A DNA stretch of 64,000 nucleotides from Patescibacteria group bacterium (GTDB lineage Bacteria; Patescibacteriota; Patescibacteriia; SG8-24). The stretch is from contig JBAYFM010000009.1 in assembly GCA_041667185.1 (NCBI GenBank), positions 351 to 64,350 on the forward strand, read 5' to 3'. How positions within the stretch are numbered: the stretch's first letter is position 1; every line of letters begins with the position of its first letter. Under the pieces are notes generated by a model, which was not told the origin of the DNA, made no database searches, and saw nothing but the letters and a program-made list of their open reading frames with translations. Both the position numbers and the translations under genes were made by a program. Shown in pieces: positions 36,081-46,109 of this stretch.

Positions 36081-36584
36081 TTATTCCGCGTCCTTCTTGT
36101 CGGACTTTGCCTTCTTTTCTTTCTTCTCTTTCTTGACCGGCTCCTTTACTGACTCTTCCTTCTTATCCGACTTCTCCCCGGTCCGTTCCATGGACTCGAG
36201 CTTGATCAGGATGCGTTCGATCTTGGCGTCGAGAGCCACGATCCGCTCTTCGGTCTTGCGGCAACAATCGCCGCCGCCGACGGCCGGCCGACGCTCGCTG
36301 AAATTAGGACGATCATGGCCGCCTTCGAAACGGTCGCGCTGGCCGCCGCCCTGCTTCTGGAAGCACTCCCGACAGTAGGTCGGTTTGCTGCCGTTCGGCC
36401 GGAACGGGACCTCGCACTGCTGGCCGCAAGCCGCACAGGTGGTCTCGAACATCCGCGGCGGACCGAAGCTGCCGCCACCACCGCCAAAACGGTCATCGCG
36501 GCCGCCGCGCGGCTTGAAACCGCCGCTACCGCCGCCGAAACCGCCGCCGCGCCTGCCTCCGAAATTATCATCGCGCTTGAACAT
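36081..36584 (-). CDS. RGG/Gly-Arg-rich protein with CxxC-x17-CxxC zinc ribbon and Lys/Glu-rich tail
   Basis: 167 aa. N-terminal GGRRGGGFGGG repeats. TTCAACGQQCEVPFRPNGSKPTYCRECF is a zinc-ribbon of the zf-trcl type. C-terminal KKEKKEKKAK. Confidence 0.5.
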   Translation of the reverse strand: MFKRDDNFGGRRGGGFGGGSGGFKPRGGRDDRFGGGGGSFGPPRMFETTCAACGQQCEVPFRPNGSKPTYCRECFQKQGGGQRDRFEGGHDRPNFSERRPAVGGGDCCRKTEERIVALDAKIERILIKLESMERTGEKSDKKEESVKEPVKKEKKEKKAKSDKKDAE

Positions 36585-37020
36585 ATCGTTTGAGCCTTAG
36601 CTGATCCTTAAATTGGAATCGTCGAAGCATACACCAAAAAACGATTTTTGGCAAGGGTGTGCGCTCGAAAATGCCGCCTCCGGGCAGTTCGACCTGCGAA
36701 TCACGCCAGCGTTCCCCGTCTGCCGGCAGGTAGACGACTCGGGTTAATCCTTCCAGAAACCTGACTCATTACTCAACAGATCAGCCGGCGACTGCTGACG
36801 ATCAATAGCTATTGGCTGATCAGATTGATATAATTATGAATGAAACGACGCTTACCTATGGACCACCTATCCGAAACCCGGCAGAACGACCGGGACGAGC
36901 AGCCTCGCGCCAGCCTCAGCGATCGCCGTCGCGCCAGACTGGACCGTCTCGGTGATCGCCTGGCTATGGCTAAAGCCCGGCTCCGGACCATGTCGGTCTG
37001 GTCGGCCAAAGAGAAATGAT

Positions 37021-38616
37021 ATGTCGCGCACGCCTGAACTGCGGCAATATCTGAGCGGCGAACAGCGGCCGGAGGAGGTGCGTGAAAGCACTCAAAGCCG
37101 GATCGCCGACGCCAAAAAATATTCCTCCGACCCGGAACGTCCGGAAAAATTGGCCGCCCGCTACGAAGCTGAAAAGTGGCTGATGGCTGATCTGGAGGAC
37201 CAGGCCAAAGCGCTGCGCACCGAAGCCCCGGACCTGAGCGACGAAGAGTTCGATCGCCGGTCCGACGAGATCGAACGCGCGGTCGCCGAGATGCACGAAC
37301 GTATTTGCTCCGACGAGGTGATGGAGAAGGAAAAATACGCCACCGGTTTTACCGACTGGAAGGAAGTGAACGGACTCGGCGATTTCCTGGACAAATTCCC
37401 GATGTATTGGATCCCGACCAAGGAAGAGGTCGGCCGCGTGCTCGCGACCGCCAAAATCATGCATGAACAGCGCGTCGCTGCTGGCGTTCGCCGGCCGGAG
37501 GACCCGCTCGAGATCCTGGACATCGGCGGCGCTAACGGCGCCCTGGGCAAACTGATCGTCGATCTCGCGCGCGAGAACGGACTCAAAGTCGAATACTCCG
37601 TCGTCGACCCTTTCACCGAAGGCGTCGACGCCGCCCGCCAGGCTTACGCCGGCGATAAGGAGCTTGAATTCACCGCTCTCTCCTCTTCAGAATTCATCGC
37701 CAAAGAATACGCCGGGGACGCGGAGATCGGACCGCTTGTCGCCGAACGGGAAAAATTACTGGCCGCCGCCAACCGCCAGCGCCAGGATCTGGTCACTCTG
37801 ACGAACGCCGTCTCCAGGCTGAAAAAGGCCGGGCGGCTGGATCCGCCGGAACTCGCGCGTCTGCACCGCGTGCTGCGAACGGATTTCGGGATGCAGCTTT
37901 CCGCAGCTGCGGGGTCCGACCCGGAACGTTTCGCTTTCGAACTCGAGAGCGGCTGGGATGAAAAAACCATGACGGACGCGCCATCCGCCGCGGACCGCCT
38001 GACCAATGATCTGAACAGCCGCCCGTCCGAGATCAGCCGCCGCATCGAGAGTCTCCTCGCCGGACGTCCGGCCAGCCGCGACCTCGTCATCAATTCCTGG
38101 ATGCCTCCGGGACGGGATTTCACCAGCGACATCCGAGCCGCGAACGGAGCCGCGGTCATGTATTTCGTCGAGACTTACGGCGCGACGGGCGTCCAGGAGC
38201 AGGCCGGTTACCCGAGCCGCCCTTCGCGGATCGGCGAAGAGGACAGCTACGGCCCGGGTGTTCTGTATAATGAGGACACGGCCTGGGTCGGGCGCTCCGC
38301 TCCGGAACTGGCCAATCGGCACCGGGACTCTTCGAGCTGGGGACGAAACGAAGAGTTCTGCAACGCAGCCCTGGTGCAGGTCCGCAGAGAGATGCGGCTG
38401 GCTGGGAGACTGAAACTCGATCCGGCGAGTAACGGCATCAGGATCGAAGGTCAGTATCCCTGGGAGGGCGAACTGCGCGAAAAGCATGGTGGCGTTTCGC
38501 CGACCGCGCCGATCGTCGAAAAGCAGGGCCGATCCCGAAGCGACTACCACTCGACCCTGAACGAACTGGTGAGCGAAATGACCGACCTTTTGGGGACTAT
38601 CCCGGGGTTGAAATAG
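37021..38616 (+). CDS. Hypothetical protein with coiled-coil N-terminus and a class I SAM-methyltransferase-like motif
   Basis: ATG at 37021 gives MSRTPELRQYL. 531 aa. ILDIGGANGALGKLIVDL..VEYSVVDP resembles MTase motifs I and post-I. The remainder is not recognised. Confidence 0.4.
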   Translation: MSRTPELRQYLSGEQRPEEVRESTQSRIADAKKYSSDPERPEKLAARYEAEKWLMADLEDQAKALRTEAPDLSDEEFDRRSDEIERAVAEMHERICSDEVMEKEKYATGFTDWKEVNGLGDFLDKFPMYWIPTKEEVGRVLATAKIMHEQRVAAGVRRPEDPLEILDIGGANGALGKLIVDLARENGLKVEYSVVDPFTEGVDAARQAYAGDKELEFTALSSSEFIAKEYAGDAEIGPLVAEREKLLAAANRQRQDLVTLTNAVSRLKKAGRLDPPELARLHRVLRTDFGMQLSAAAGSDPERFAFELESGWDEKTMTDAPSAADRLTNDLNSRPSEISRRIESLLAGRPASRDLVINSWMPPGRDFTSDIRAANGAAVMYFVETYGATGVQEQAGYPSRPSRIGEEDSYGPGVLYNEDTAWVGRSAPELANRHRDSSSWGRNEEFCNAALVQVRREMRLAGRLKLDPASNGIRIEGQYPWEGELREKHGGVSPTAPIVEKQGRSRSDYHSTLNELVSEMTDLLGTIPGLK

Positions 38617-38663
38617 CGGCGCTGAAATAAGCCATTTTTTGTTGAGCTGCATCCCCTTTTGAC

Positions 38664-38694
38664 AAAACCCGCCTCTCGGAGAGGCGGGTTTTTG
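38664..38694. terminator. Bidirectional intrinsic terminator (cccgcctctcggagaggcggg) between convergent genes
   Basis: A 9-bp stem flanked by an A-run upstream and ttttt downstream. Confidence 0.55.
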
Positions 38695-38718
38695 GCTGAT
38701 CAACGGATAATCGGTTGG

Positions 38719-39993
38719 CTATTCGTGCGCTTCGACCAGCAGTTCCGCAGCGCGGAGCGGTTCGGCCATGAGCTCTTTGGTCACCTTATCCATGTGCATG
38801 CCGCGCGAACCTTTGATCAGGATGATATCGCCCTTCTTCATCTTCTCCTGGACGAAACGTCCAGCCTCTTCGGTCGTGCTGAAATGGACCAGCCGATCAG
38901 CCGGGAAACCGGCGGCCAGGGCGGCACTCTGGGCATCGCCCATCCGCTCGCCGACGAGCACTAACAGATCCAGACCGACGCCGGCAGCCTCACGCCCGAC
39001 CTCTTCGTGGCCGGAGACTGACAATGTCCCGAGTTCGAGCATGTCGCCCAAGGCGGCGATGCGCTGGCGTTCGCCGTCAGCCGGCAGGTCGCGCAAGATG
39101 GCCAGCGCCGCTTTCGTCGAACGCGGCGAAGCGTTGTAAGTGTCATCGATGAGCAGTGTCCGCTTGATGCCGGCGAGGCAGCGGGTGCGGCCAGGCGGCG
39201 GTTCGTACGCGCGCAGACCCTCGGCGATCTCGACGAGGTTCATGCCTTTGGCGAGCCCCACGGCCGTGGCCGCGAGCGCCGCGTAAGCCGCGTGCCGACC
39301 CAGGACTTTCGGCAGAAAAACCGGGATCGTGCTGCCGCCAGCCGCGATCTTCAACCGCAAGCCGCAGCCATCCTCGGACTCGACGTCATAATGCATGGAC
39401 ACCTCGACCGCGCGGACGTCGGCCTCCTCGTGAAAACCATAACTCATGACCTTGGCTTTGGTCTTCTCCCGCATCGCCCAGACCAGTTCGTCGTCGTGAT
39501 TCAGGATCGCGACGCCGTCGCGGCCGAGCCGTTGGACCAGGACCTGTTTTTCTTTCGCGACGTTCGCGATCGAACCGAAATTCTCGACATGCGATTCGCC
39601 GATCGCGGTCACGACGGCGATATCCGGCGGCGCGATGTCGGTGAGATACGCGATGTCGCCCGGATGATCGGCGGCCATTTCCAATATGAGCAGCTGCGGA
39701 TAATCAGCCTCTGTCCGGCCCGACTTCCACCAGGCGCGGGCCAGGATCTTCAGCCATTTCCAATATGACCTCCGGCCGGCCGGCAAACGCAAGATGGTCA
39801 GCGGCAAGCCGACCTCATTATTGTAATTCTTTTCATTGGCGCCGACCTTGAATTTGCGGGCCAAAACTGCGCCCATGGCCTGCTTGGCCGAACTCTTACC
39901 AACCGAACCGGTCACGGCCACGACCACGGGCTTCTGGACCAGGATCTTCCGACGGGCATGGCCGGCCAACTGTTTCTGGATGAATTTGCGCAT
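38719..39993 (-). CDS. murF: UDP-N-acetylmuramoyl-tripeptide--D-alanyl-D-alanine ligase
   Basis: 424 aa. Mur ligase P-loop VAVTGSVGKSS. Mur ligase middle and C-terminal domains (DDTYNASP, GDMLELG). Confidence 0.8.
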   Translation of the reverse strand: MRKFIQKQLAGHARRKILVQKPVVVAVTGSVGKSSAKQAMGAVLARKFKVGANEKNYNNEVGLPLTILRLPAGRRSYWKWLKILARAWWKSGRTEADYPQLLILEMAADHPGDIAYLTDIAPPDIAVVTAIGESHVENFGSIANVAKEKQVLVQRLGRDGVAILNHDDELVWAMREKTKAKVMSYGFHEEADVRAVEVSMHYDVESEDGCGLRLKIAAGGSTIPVFLPKVLGRHAAYAALAATAVGLAKGMNLVEIAEGLRAYEPPPGRTRCLAGIKRTLLIDDTYNASPRSTKAALAILRDLPADGERQRIAALGDMLELGTLSVSGHEEVGREAAGVGLDLLVLVGERMGDAQSAALAAGFPADRLVHFSTTEEAGRFVQEKMKKGDIILIKGSRGMHMDKVTKELMAEPLRAAELLVEAHE

Positions 39994-40025
39994 ATTCTTG
40001 AGCTTAATATCCCGGACCGGCGAGC

Positions 40026-41795
40026 TTAATCCGCGGGGCGATCCGGCGGTATCTGCAGGTATTGTAGCAAGAAAGAGGCTATTTCTCCAAAAAGCGGCGC
40101 GGCGCTGGACTCGGCGAAAATGACGTCCTGCGGCCGGTCGATCTTGGTGAGCATGACGAAGGCCGGATCGTCCACCGGCGCGTAACCGACGAACGAACCG
40201 ATGAAAGCGTTCTCCTCATAACCCTGGCCGTTGGCTTTCGAGATCTGGGCTGTGCCGGTCTTGCCGGCGACGTAATAACCATTGACGCCGGCGGCCTTGC
40301 CATGGCCGTTCTCAACCACGCGCACGAGCATGCCGCCCACGAGCGTCGAAGCGCGCTTGGTGATGACCTGGCGGACGACCTGCGGCTCGGTACGGACGAC
40401 CATGCCATCGCTGCGGCGGATCTCCTTGACCACGTAAGGCTTCACGAGCTTGCCGCCGTTCGCGAGCGCCGCGTAGGCCGCGGCCATCTGGATCGGAGTC
40501 GTCGTGATGCCCTGGCCGAACGAAGCGGTCGCGGTCCAGATGTCGCCTTTCTTGGAGATCGAAGAGATGTCGCCGGCGGCTTCGGAGTCGAGTTCAATGC
40601 CGGTCGCGGCGCCGAACCCGAAAGCTTCCACATACTGGCGGAACAGTTTCGGACCGAGACGGTCGGCAGCGAAGATTGCGCCGGTATTGAGAGATTTCTC
40701 AAGTACCTGGGTCATGGTCTGGATGCCGTTGGCCTTGCCGTCGGAGTTGCGGATGGAGTAAGGCCCGATCTTCACCACACCTTCGTCATTGTAGGTCGTG
40801 TACGGCAGCACCTTGTCCGCGTCGAGAGCGGCGGCCATGGTGATCGCTTTCATGATCGAACCAGGTTCGTAAGAATAGAAGATCGCCGGATCATTGAAAG
40901 CGCGCATGTCCTTGACCGCGGAGTAGGCGTTCGGGTCGAAATTCGGGTAGCCGCAAAGCGCCAGGACAGCGCCGGTCTTGGGTTCCAGAATGACGACTGC
41001 TCCGCCCGTGGCGCCATGGCGCTCGACCGCGGCGGCGAGTTTCTCGCAGGCGTAATATTGGATGTTGCGGTCGATCGTGAGCAGGATCTCCGCGCCGTCG
41101 GTCGCCGGCCGCAGGTCACGCTCGGCGATGCCGATCCAGCGGCCGACCGGATCGGTCTCCGCTTCGATGTAGCCGACCTTGCCGGTGAGTTCGCGATTCC
41201 AGAAACCTTCGATGCCGTAACGGCCAACGCGCTGACCGGCCGCGTCGAAGCCCACGAAACCGGTCAGATGCGAAAAAGCCGCGCCCTCCGGATAATAACG
41301 GAACGGCTCAGCCGTGATGTGGACGCTCGCCAGACCGAGCGCGCGGACCCGATTCACGGCCTCTTCGGAGACCTGGCGCGCGAGCGGCACATAAGGATCG
41401 TCCTTGGCCGCGAGCTTGGCGAGCAGTTCGGCTTCGTCGAGACCGAGGAGCGGCGCGAGCGCTTTCGCCGCCGCGGCCGAATCGTCGATGCCGCGCGTGT
41501 CGGCGTAGACGAGCGCCAGGGATTTGTTGACCGCGATCGGGAACTTCTGTTCCGCGGCCCGCGGATTGGAAACGTAGACCGCGCCGCGCTCCGGGAACAA
41601 TTTTTCCGTCAGATAGTGCTGGTCGGTGGCCAGGGCGGCGTAATGATCGTGCGACAGGACCTGGATGATGAACAGCCGGCCGACCAAGACCAGCAGCAGC
41701 GCCGCCATCGCGACGCGCAAAAAAAGCAGGCGGGAGCCGGAAACTTCAGCCTTGCCGCCCGGGCGATGTCTGGCGATGCCAAATCTCACAGCCAT
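40026..41795 (-). CDS. Penicillin-binding protein 2 type peptidoglycan D,D-transpeptidase
   Basis: ATG at 41795 with SD gtgagg gives MAVRFG, a TM, a PBP dimerisation domain, and a transpeptidase domain with SxxK (SIMK), SxN (SLN) and KTG (KTGTA) motifs. Confidence 0.8.
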   Translation of the reverse strand: MAVRFGIARHRPGGKAEVSGSRLLFLRVAMAALLLVLVGRLFIIQVLSHDHYAALATDQHYLTEKLFPERGAVYVSNPRAAEQKFPIAVNKSLALVYADTRGIDDSAAAAKALAPLLGLDEAELLAKLAAKDDPYVPLARQVSEEAVNRVRALGLASVHITAEPFRYYPEGAAFSHLTGFVGFDAAGQRVGRYGIEGFWNRELTGKVGYIEAETDPVGRWIGIAERDLRPATDGAEILLTIDRNIQYYACEKLAAAVERHGATGGAVVILEPKTGAVLALCGYPNFDPNAYSAVKDMRAFNDPAIFYSYEPGSIMKAITMAAALDADKVLPYTTYNDEGVVKIGPYSIRNSDGKANGIQTMTQVLEKSLNTGAIFAADRLGPKLFRQYVEAFGFGAATGIELDSEAAGDISSISKKGDIWTATASFGQGITTTPIQMAAAYAALANGGKLVKPYVVKEIRRSDGMVVRTEPQVVRQVITKRASTLVGGMLVRVVENGHGKAAGVNGYYVAGKTGTAQISKANGQGYEENAFIGSFVGYAPVDDPAFVMLTKIDRPQDVIFAESSAAPLFGEIASFLLQYLQIPPDRPAD

Positions 41796-41805
41796 ACCGC
41801 GAACC

Positions 41806-43047
41806 TCACTTATTGAGCGCCGCCTCGATGCCGAAATCGAAAAGTTTGCCCGGGCCAGCCGGATTCGATCCCCTTTCGACCTCCAGGCCGTCATTCACGC
41901 CGTCGCCGTCGGTATCGGCTTTGGCCGGATCAGTGCCGTAAAAATACTCCAGTGCATTCGACAAGCCATCCTTGTCCGGATCGTCGTCGCCAGCGGCCTT
42001 GGCCGAGATGACCGGCAACCCCTTGGCCGGAGCGGCAGCCGCGCCCCGGCGGACCGCGCCTTGGCCGGCGAGCGGCAAATGTTCGGAAATGGTCGGCAGG
42101 AGCGAAGTGATGATGTCATCGACCTGTTCGACTCCGGCAGTCGGCGCGCTGATCGCGACCGGTCCGTTGAACTTCGAAAAATTGAACGTGGCCGAAAAAA
42201 TACCGCGGCGCAACCCGTCATCGTACCGGAAGCGCAACAGGGCGCGATAAGGATACAGGTCGCGCTTACCGATCCAGATCTCGCCGTTCTCGGCCGTCAC
42301 GTTGGCGAAAAAAATATCGACCGGCTCGCGCTCCTTGCTCGTGAGTTCGCGGCCCTGCCGCAGCGCCTCGGCCTGCAGCACGTAATCCTTGACGTATAGG
42401 AGTTCCGGACGGATCACGTAATGATGATTCGGCACGCCGCCGACGGTCTCGGACTTCAGCTTGCCGAGAAATTTCAGGAACGGCGTGATGCGCAGCTGCT
42501 CGAGAAGATAGGTCTGGTCGGCCTCGGCGAGCTCGCGACCGCGGCCGCCCCAGAACGGCGCTTCCAGGCCGGCCCGGATACTCTCCAGATCGAAGGTCAG
42601 CCAGTCGCCGCGGAACGCTTCCAATCTCAAAACGCCGAGCATGGCCGGCAGAACATCGAAGCGCAGGAAGTCGGCGCTGCCCGATTTCACGAACTGGCCG
42701 GAGTATTCCGTCGGCTGATCGGCTCCGACGGCGAGGTCGAATTGCAGAGCGGCCTGGGAGGCTTCGGCATCCGTCCGGTCGACGACGCCGACCGACTCGA
42801 AGTAGACCGCCTCGCGTCGGCGATCGACGGCGCCGTTGCTTTTCTTCGTTTCCTGCCAGCCTTCGTAGCGGACCAGAGCCTCGACGCCGAACGTCCGGGC
42901 GCGCATCAGGCGCCACTGCGCGAGACGCACGATCTCCGAGGATTGCGGCAGGAGCAGCAGCATCAGAGCAGCCATGAGCACCGCGGTCATGGAAATGAAA
43001 AACACGAGCAGGATGTAGGCGTTGGCGTACCACTTTTTCGAAGCCAT
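41806..43047 (-). CDS. Hypothetical membrane-anchored protein with C-terminal thrombospondin type-3-like Ca-binding repeats
   Basis: ATG at 43047 gives MASKKWYANAYILLVFFISMTAVLMAALMLLLL. The ORF-track extension is Arg-rich frame noise. C-terminal DDDPDKDGLSN ... DTDGDGVNDGLE. Confidence 0.45.
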   Translation of the reverse strand: MASKKWYANAYILLVFFISMTAVLMAALMLLLLPQSSEIVRLAQWRLMRARTFGVEALVRYEGWQETKKSNGAVDRRREAVYFESVGVVDRTDAEASQAALQFDLAVGADQPTEYSGQFVKSGSADFLRFDVLPAMLGVLRLEAFRGDWLTFDLESIRAGLEAPFWGGRGRELAEADQTYLLEQLRITPFLKFLGKLKSETVGGVPNHHYVIRPELLYVKDYVLQAEALRQGRELTSKEREPVDIFFANVTAENGEIWIGKRDLYPYRALLRFRYDDGLRRGIFSATFNFSKFNGPVAISAPTAGVEQVDDIITSLLPTISEHLPLAGQGAVRRGAAAAPAKGLPVISAKAAGDDDPDKDGLSNALEYFYGTDPAKADTDGDGVNDGLEVERGSNPAGPGKLFDFGIEAALNK

Positions 43048-43058
43048 GAGCGCGGCGA

Positions 43059-44354
43059 TCAGTCTTTTAGGTATTTGCGTCCCCGCAGCCGCTCCGGCAG
43101 ATAATCCTGACCGGTATCGGCGTGGCCGTCGGAACGTTTCTTGGCGACGTCGGGCGGATAGACATAACCCTTGCCGTAGTCGAGTTCTTTCATCAGTCTG
43201 GTCGGAGCGTTGCGCAAGTGCAGCGGGACGGGTTCGCTCGGCAGGCGCTCGATATCCTCGCGCACGCGGCCGTAAGCGACGTACAGGGAGTTGGATTTCG
43301 GCGCGCGGGCGAGATAGACGGCGGCCTGGGCGAGGATGACGTTGCATTCCGGCATGCCGAGGCTGTGGGCCGCCTGGAAAGCGGCCACGGTCTGGACGAG
43401 TGCGTTCGGATCAGCGAGGCCGATGTCTTCGGACGCGAAGCGGACCAGCCGACGCGCGACGTAGACCGGATCCTCCCCCGCCTCGAGCATCCGCCCGAGC
43501 CAGTAGAGCGCGGCGTCGGGATCCGAACCGCGCAGGCTCTTGTGCAGCGCGGAGATGAGATTGTAGTGTTCCTCGCCGGATTTGTCGTAGAGCAGATGCG
43601 AACGGCGCATGATCGCAGCGAGACGTTCGCGCTTCAAGTGTATCACTCCAGCGCCGGCGGCGTCTAAACTGCCGGACTCGGATTTCACCGCCATCTCAAG
43701 CGTGTTGAGCGAAGTCCGCGCGTCGCCGTCGGCGGCCGCGGCGATGAACTCGATGACGCCCTCTTCCGCCTCGATCTTCTGCTTGCCGTACCCGCGCTCG
43801 GCGTCCGCGAGCGCCCGGCGCAGCAGGACCTCGATATCCGCGGCCGCGAGGCTCTTCAGGACGAAGACGCGGCAGCGCGAGAGCAGCGCCGAATTGACCT
43901 CGAAGGACGGATTCTCCGTCGTTGCGCCGATGAGCACGACTGTGCCGTCCTCGACGTGCGGCAGGAACGCGTCCTGCTGGGCCTTGTTCCAGCGATGGAT
44001 CTCGTCGACGAAGACGATGGTGCGGGTGCCGTTGAATTTCAGCGTGTCCTTGGCTTCGGCGACCACCTGGCGCAATTCCGCGACCCCGCTCGAGACGGCC
44101 GAGAGCTGCACGAAGCGCGACTTGGTCGTCTTGGCGATGAGACGCGCGAGCGTCGTCTTGCCGGTGCCGGGCGGCCCCCAAAAGATCATCGATGGCACTT
44201 CGTCCTGATCGATGAGACGCCGGAGCGGGCTGGCCTCGCCGATGATGTCCTGCTGGCCGACGAATTCCGAAAAATTCTCCGGCCGCAGACGATCGGCGAG
44301 CGGAGCCTCCTTCTTTTGCTGGCGGCGGGCCTTGTAGTCGAACAGGTCGTCCAT
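43059..44354 (-). CDS. rarA: Replication-associated recombination protein A (AAA+ ATPase, MgsA/WRNIP1 family)
   Basis: 431 aa. Walker [10 protein letters not shown], Walker [12 protein letters not shown], sensor and MgsA C-terminal helical domains ([32 protein letters not shown]). Confidence 0.85.
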   Translation of the reverse strand: MDDLFDYKARRQQKKEAPLADRLRPENFSEFVGQQDIIGEASPLRRLIDQDEVPSMIFWGPPGTGKTTLARLIAKTTKSRFVQLSAVSSGVAELRQVVAEAKDTLKFNGTRTIVFVDEIHRWNKAQQDAFLPHVEDGTVVLIGATTENPSFEVNSALLSRCRVFVLKSLAAADIEVLLRRALADAERGYGKQKIEAEEGVIEFIAAAADGDARTSLNTLEMAVKSESGSLDAAGAGVIHLKRERLAAIMRRSHLLYDKSGEEHYNLISALHKSLRGSDPDAALYWLGRMLEAGEDPVYVARRLVRFASEDIGLADPNALVQTVAAFQAAHSLGMPECNVILAQAAVYLARAPKSNSLYVAYGRVREDIERLPSEPVPLHLRNAPTRLMKELDYGKGYVYPPDVAKKRSDGHADTGQDYLPERLRGRKYLKD

Positions 44355-44482
44355 ATTTCACCCTCTAGATTACGCCTCTTGGCGCTAAAACGGAATACCG
44401 GCGGCGGGTGGAGCTTGCTGTTTTTCCGCGGTCTGTTAAGGTGAGGCCGTTCTTTACAACCTTTTCAGCCACGGAGGCCAAC

Positions 44483-45076
44483 ATGTCCGAACCGAACGGC
44501 AACATCTCCACTGCGCGTTTCACTCCCCGTCAACGCCTGATCGGAATCGGGATCTTTCTGGCCATCAACGCCGCTTACCTCGTCGGTTATGGATCCGGAT
44601 ATTCCGACCAGAAGCCGGAACCGGCCGCAACCGTCGACCAGGCGCCGGCCGCGATGTCCGTTGCTGCGCCAGCTCTCCCCTGCGCCAGCGAAGAATTCGT
44701 CCGGGCGCGCAACAATGCCTGGGCGATCATGAACTCGCTGACCAACGACAACTTCAACCAGGAGCTCGTCAAGGATAACATCGACGCGATCTCCACGCTC
44801 TTCGCGCTGGCCATGGGGCCAGACACGCCAGCGAAGATCCGCGCCGAAATGCTCGACCTGTATCCCAAGAAGGGGCTCTTCCTCTTCAAGGAAGCCGAGC
44901 GCGAGAAGCTGTTCCAGAACCTTCTTGAGGGCACGCCGGAGGAGCGCCTGCGCTGGTTCGGCTACCTGAATACGGCCGACCTCAAAGCGACGCAATTCCT
45001 CCAGTGTCTGCTGGCCGACGACGCTCGGATCAAGCAGTACCTCGCTGGCGAAGAGATCGCTCTTGAGGGCGAATAA
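44483..45076 (+). CDS. Hypothetical membrane-anchored protein, 198 aa
   Basis: ATG at 44483 with SD acggagg gives MSEPNGN and a TM (LIGIGIFLAINAAYLVG). Confidence 0.45.
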   Translation: MSEPNGNISTARFTPRQRLIGIGIFLAINAAYLVGYGSGYSDQKPEPAATVDQAPAAMSVAAPALPCASEEFVRARNNAWAIMNSLTNDNFNQELVKDNIDAISTLFALAMGPDTPAKIRAEMLDLYPKKGLFLFKEAEREKLFQNLLEGTPEERLRWFGYLNTADLKATQFLQCLLADDARIKQYLAGEEIALEGE

Positions 45077-45226
45077 AAGGCTGCCTCGGCAGACGAGGCT
45101 GAATGACTCAGCCGCCAACGGACCGCTCTGGTCCGTTTTTTTGTCCGCGCGACATGGGCAATCTTGACAGCCGCGGCGATTCACGCAAAAGTGTGCTCAG
45201 ATCTTTCCAAGGAACGGAGGCGCGAC

Positions 45227-45535
45227 ATGCCCATGATAATACACTCCAAAACAGTCTTGCAGATCTTCGCTCTGGCCGACCAGATCGCGCACGAAGAGAT
45301 GGAAGCCAACTCCCGGAGGACCGGCCGGCCGCTGGTGAACAACGGTGATCAGATGTCCATCCCCCTGGACCACCATCCGGACTGGTATTATGAAGAGGCC
45401 GCGCGACGGCTGGGCTACAAACTTACCAGGGTCGGATCCATGACCTGCAGCGGAGGGGCAGCGCAACGTCCGCAAAAGGCCAGAACCACCTTTCTCGAAC
45501 GGTTGCGCCATCTCCTGTTCGGCGATCGAGGCTGA
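45227..45535 (+). CDS. Hypothetical small protein, paralog 1 (102 aa)
   Basis: ATG at 45227 with SD ggaacggagg. The C-terminal YKLTRVGSMTCSGGAAQRPQKARTTFLERLR is shared with paralog 2. Confidence 0.45.
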   Translation: MPMIIHSKTVLQIFALADQIAHEEMEANSRRTGRPLVNNGDQMSIPLDHHPDWYYEEAARRLGYKLTRVGSMTCSGGAAQRPQKARTTFLERLRHLLFGDRG

Positions 45536-45660
45536 ATGACTTAGCCGCCCACGGACCGCTCTGGTCCGTTTTTTTGTCCGCGCGACAAGACCTCGTCTTG
45601 ACAGCCGCGGCGATTCACGCAAAAGTGTGCTCAGATCTTTCCAAGGAACGGAGGCGCGAC

Positions 45661-45924
45661 ATGCCCTTTGCATTACTCTCCAAAGAAGCCAAGCAGATAC
45701 TGGCTCTGGCCCAACAGATCAGACAGGAAGAGATGAAGGCCAACTCCAAAAGGACAGGTAAAACGTACTGGTATTCTCTGGAAGAAGCCGCGCGACGCAG
45801 GGGTTACAAACTTACCAGGGTCGGATCCATGACCTGTAGCGGAGGGACAACGCAACGTCCGCAAAAGGCCAGAACCACCTTTCTCGAACGGTTGCGCCGT
45901 ATCCTGTTCGGCCACAAGAAGTGA
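45661..45924 (+). CDS. Hypothetical small protein, paralog 2 (87 aa)
   Basis: ATG at 45661 with an identical upstream region. MPFALLSKEAKQILALAQQIRQEEMKANSKRTGKTYWYSLEEAARRRGYKLTRVGSMTCSGGTTQRPQKARTTFLERLRRILFGHKK. Confidence 0.45.
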   Translation: MPFALLSKEAKQILALAQQIRQEEMKANSKRTGKTYWYSLEEAARRRGYKLTRVGSMTCSGGTTQRPQKARTTFLERLRRILFGHKK

Positions 45925-46034
45925 CCAGAAACCGGAAAACTGCTCTCGTCCAACGTCCCAAAAACTACGGGACGTTTTTTTATCTGACCGAAATCCATGT
46001 ACGTAAAAACACCAGTCTGGCTGGTGTTCTTGCG

Positions 46035-46109
46035 TGGTCGGGGCGACAGGGATCGAACCTGCGGCCTCTCGGTCCCGAACCGAGCGCACTACCGCTGTGC
46101 TACGCCCCG
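46035..46109 (-). tRNA. tRNA-Pro (anticodon CGG), CCA encoded
   Basis: Reverse complement CGGGGCGTAGCACAGCGGTAGTGCGCTCGGTTCGGGACCGAGAGGCCGCAGGTTCGATCCCTGTCGCCCCGACCA. 7-bp acceptor, D-stem GCAC/GTGC, anticodon loop TTCGGGA, T-arm GCAGG-TTCGATC-CCTGT. Confidence 0.75.

Larger units (their letters stand above)
45097..45950 (+). repeat. Tandem duplication of a ~433-bp terminator+promoter+small-gene unit (two copies)
   Basis: 45097-45226 and 45530-45660 are near-identical (ggctgaatgactcagcc ... ggaccgctctggtccgttttttt ... cttgacagccgcggcgattcacgcaaaagtgtgctcag ... ggaacggaggcgcgac ATG). The 3' ~135 nt of both genes are also near-identical, while the gene 5' halves are diverged. Confidence 0.7.
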
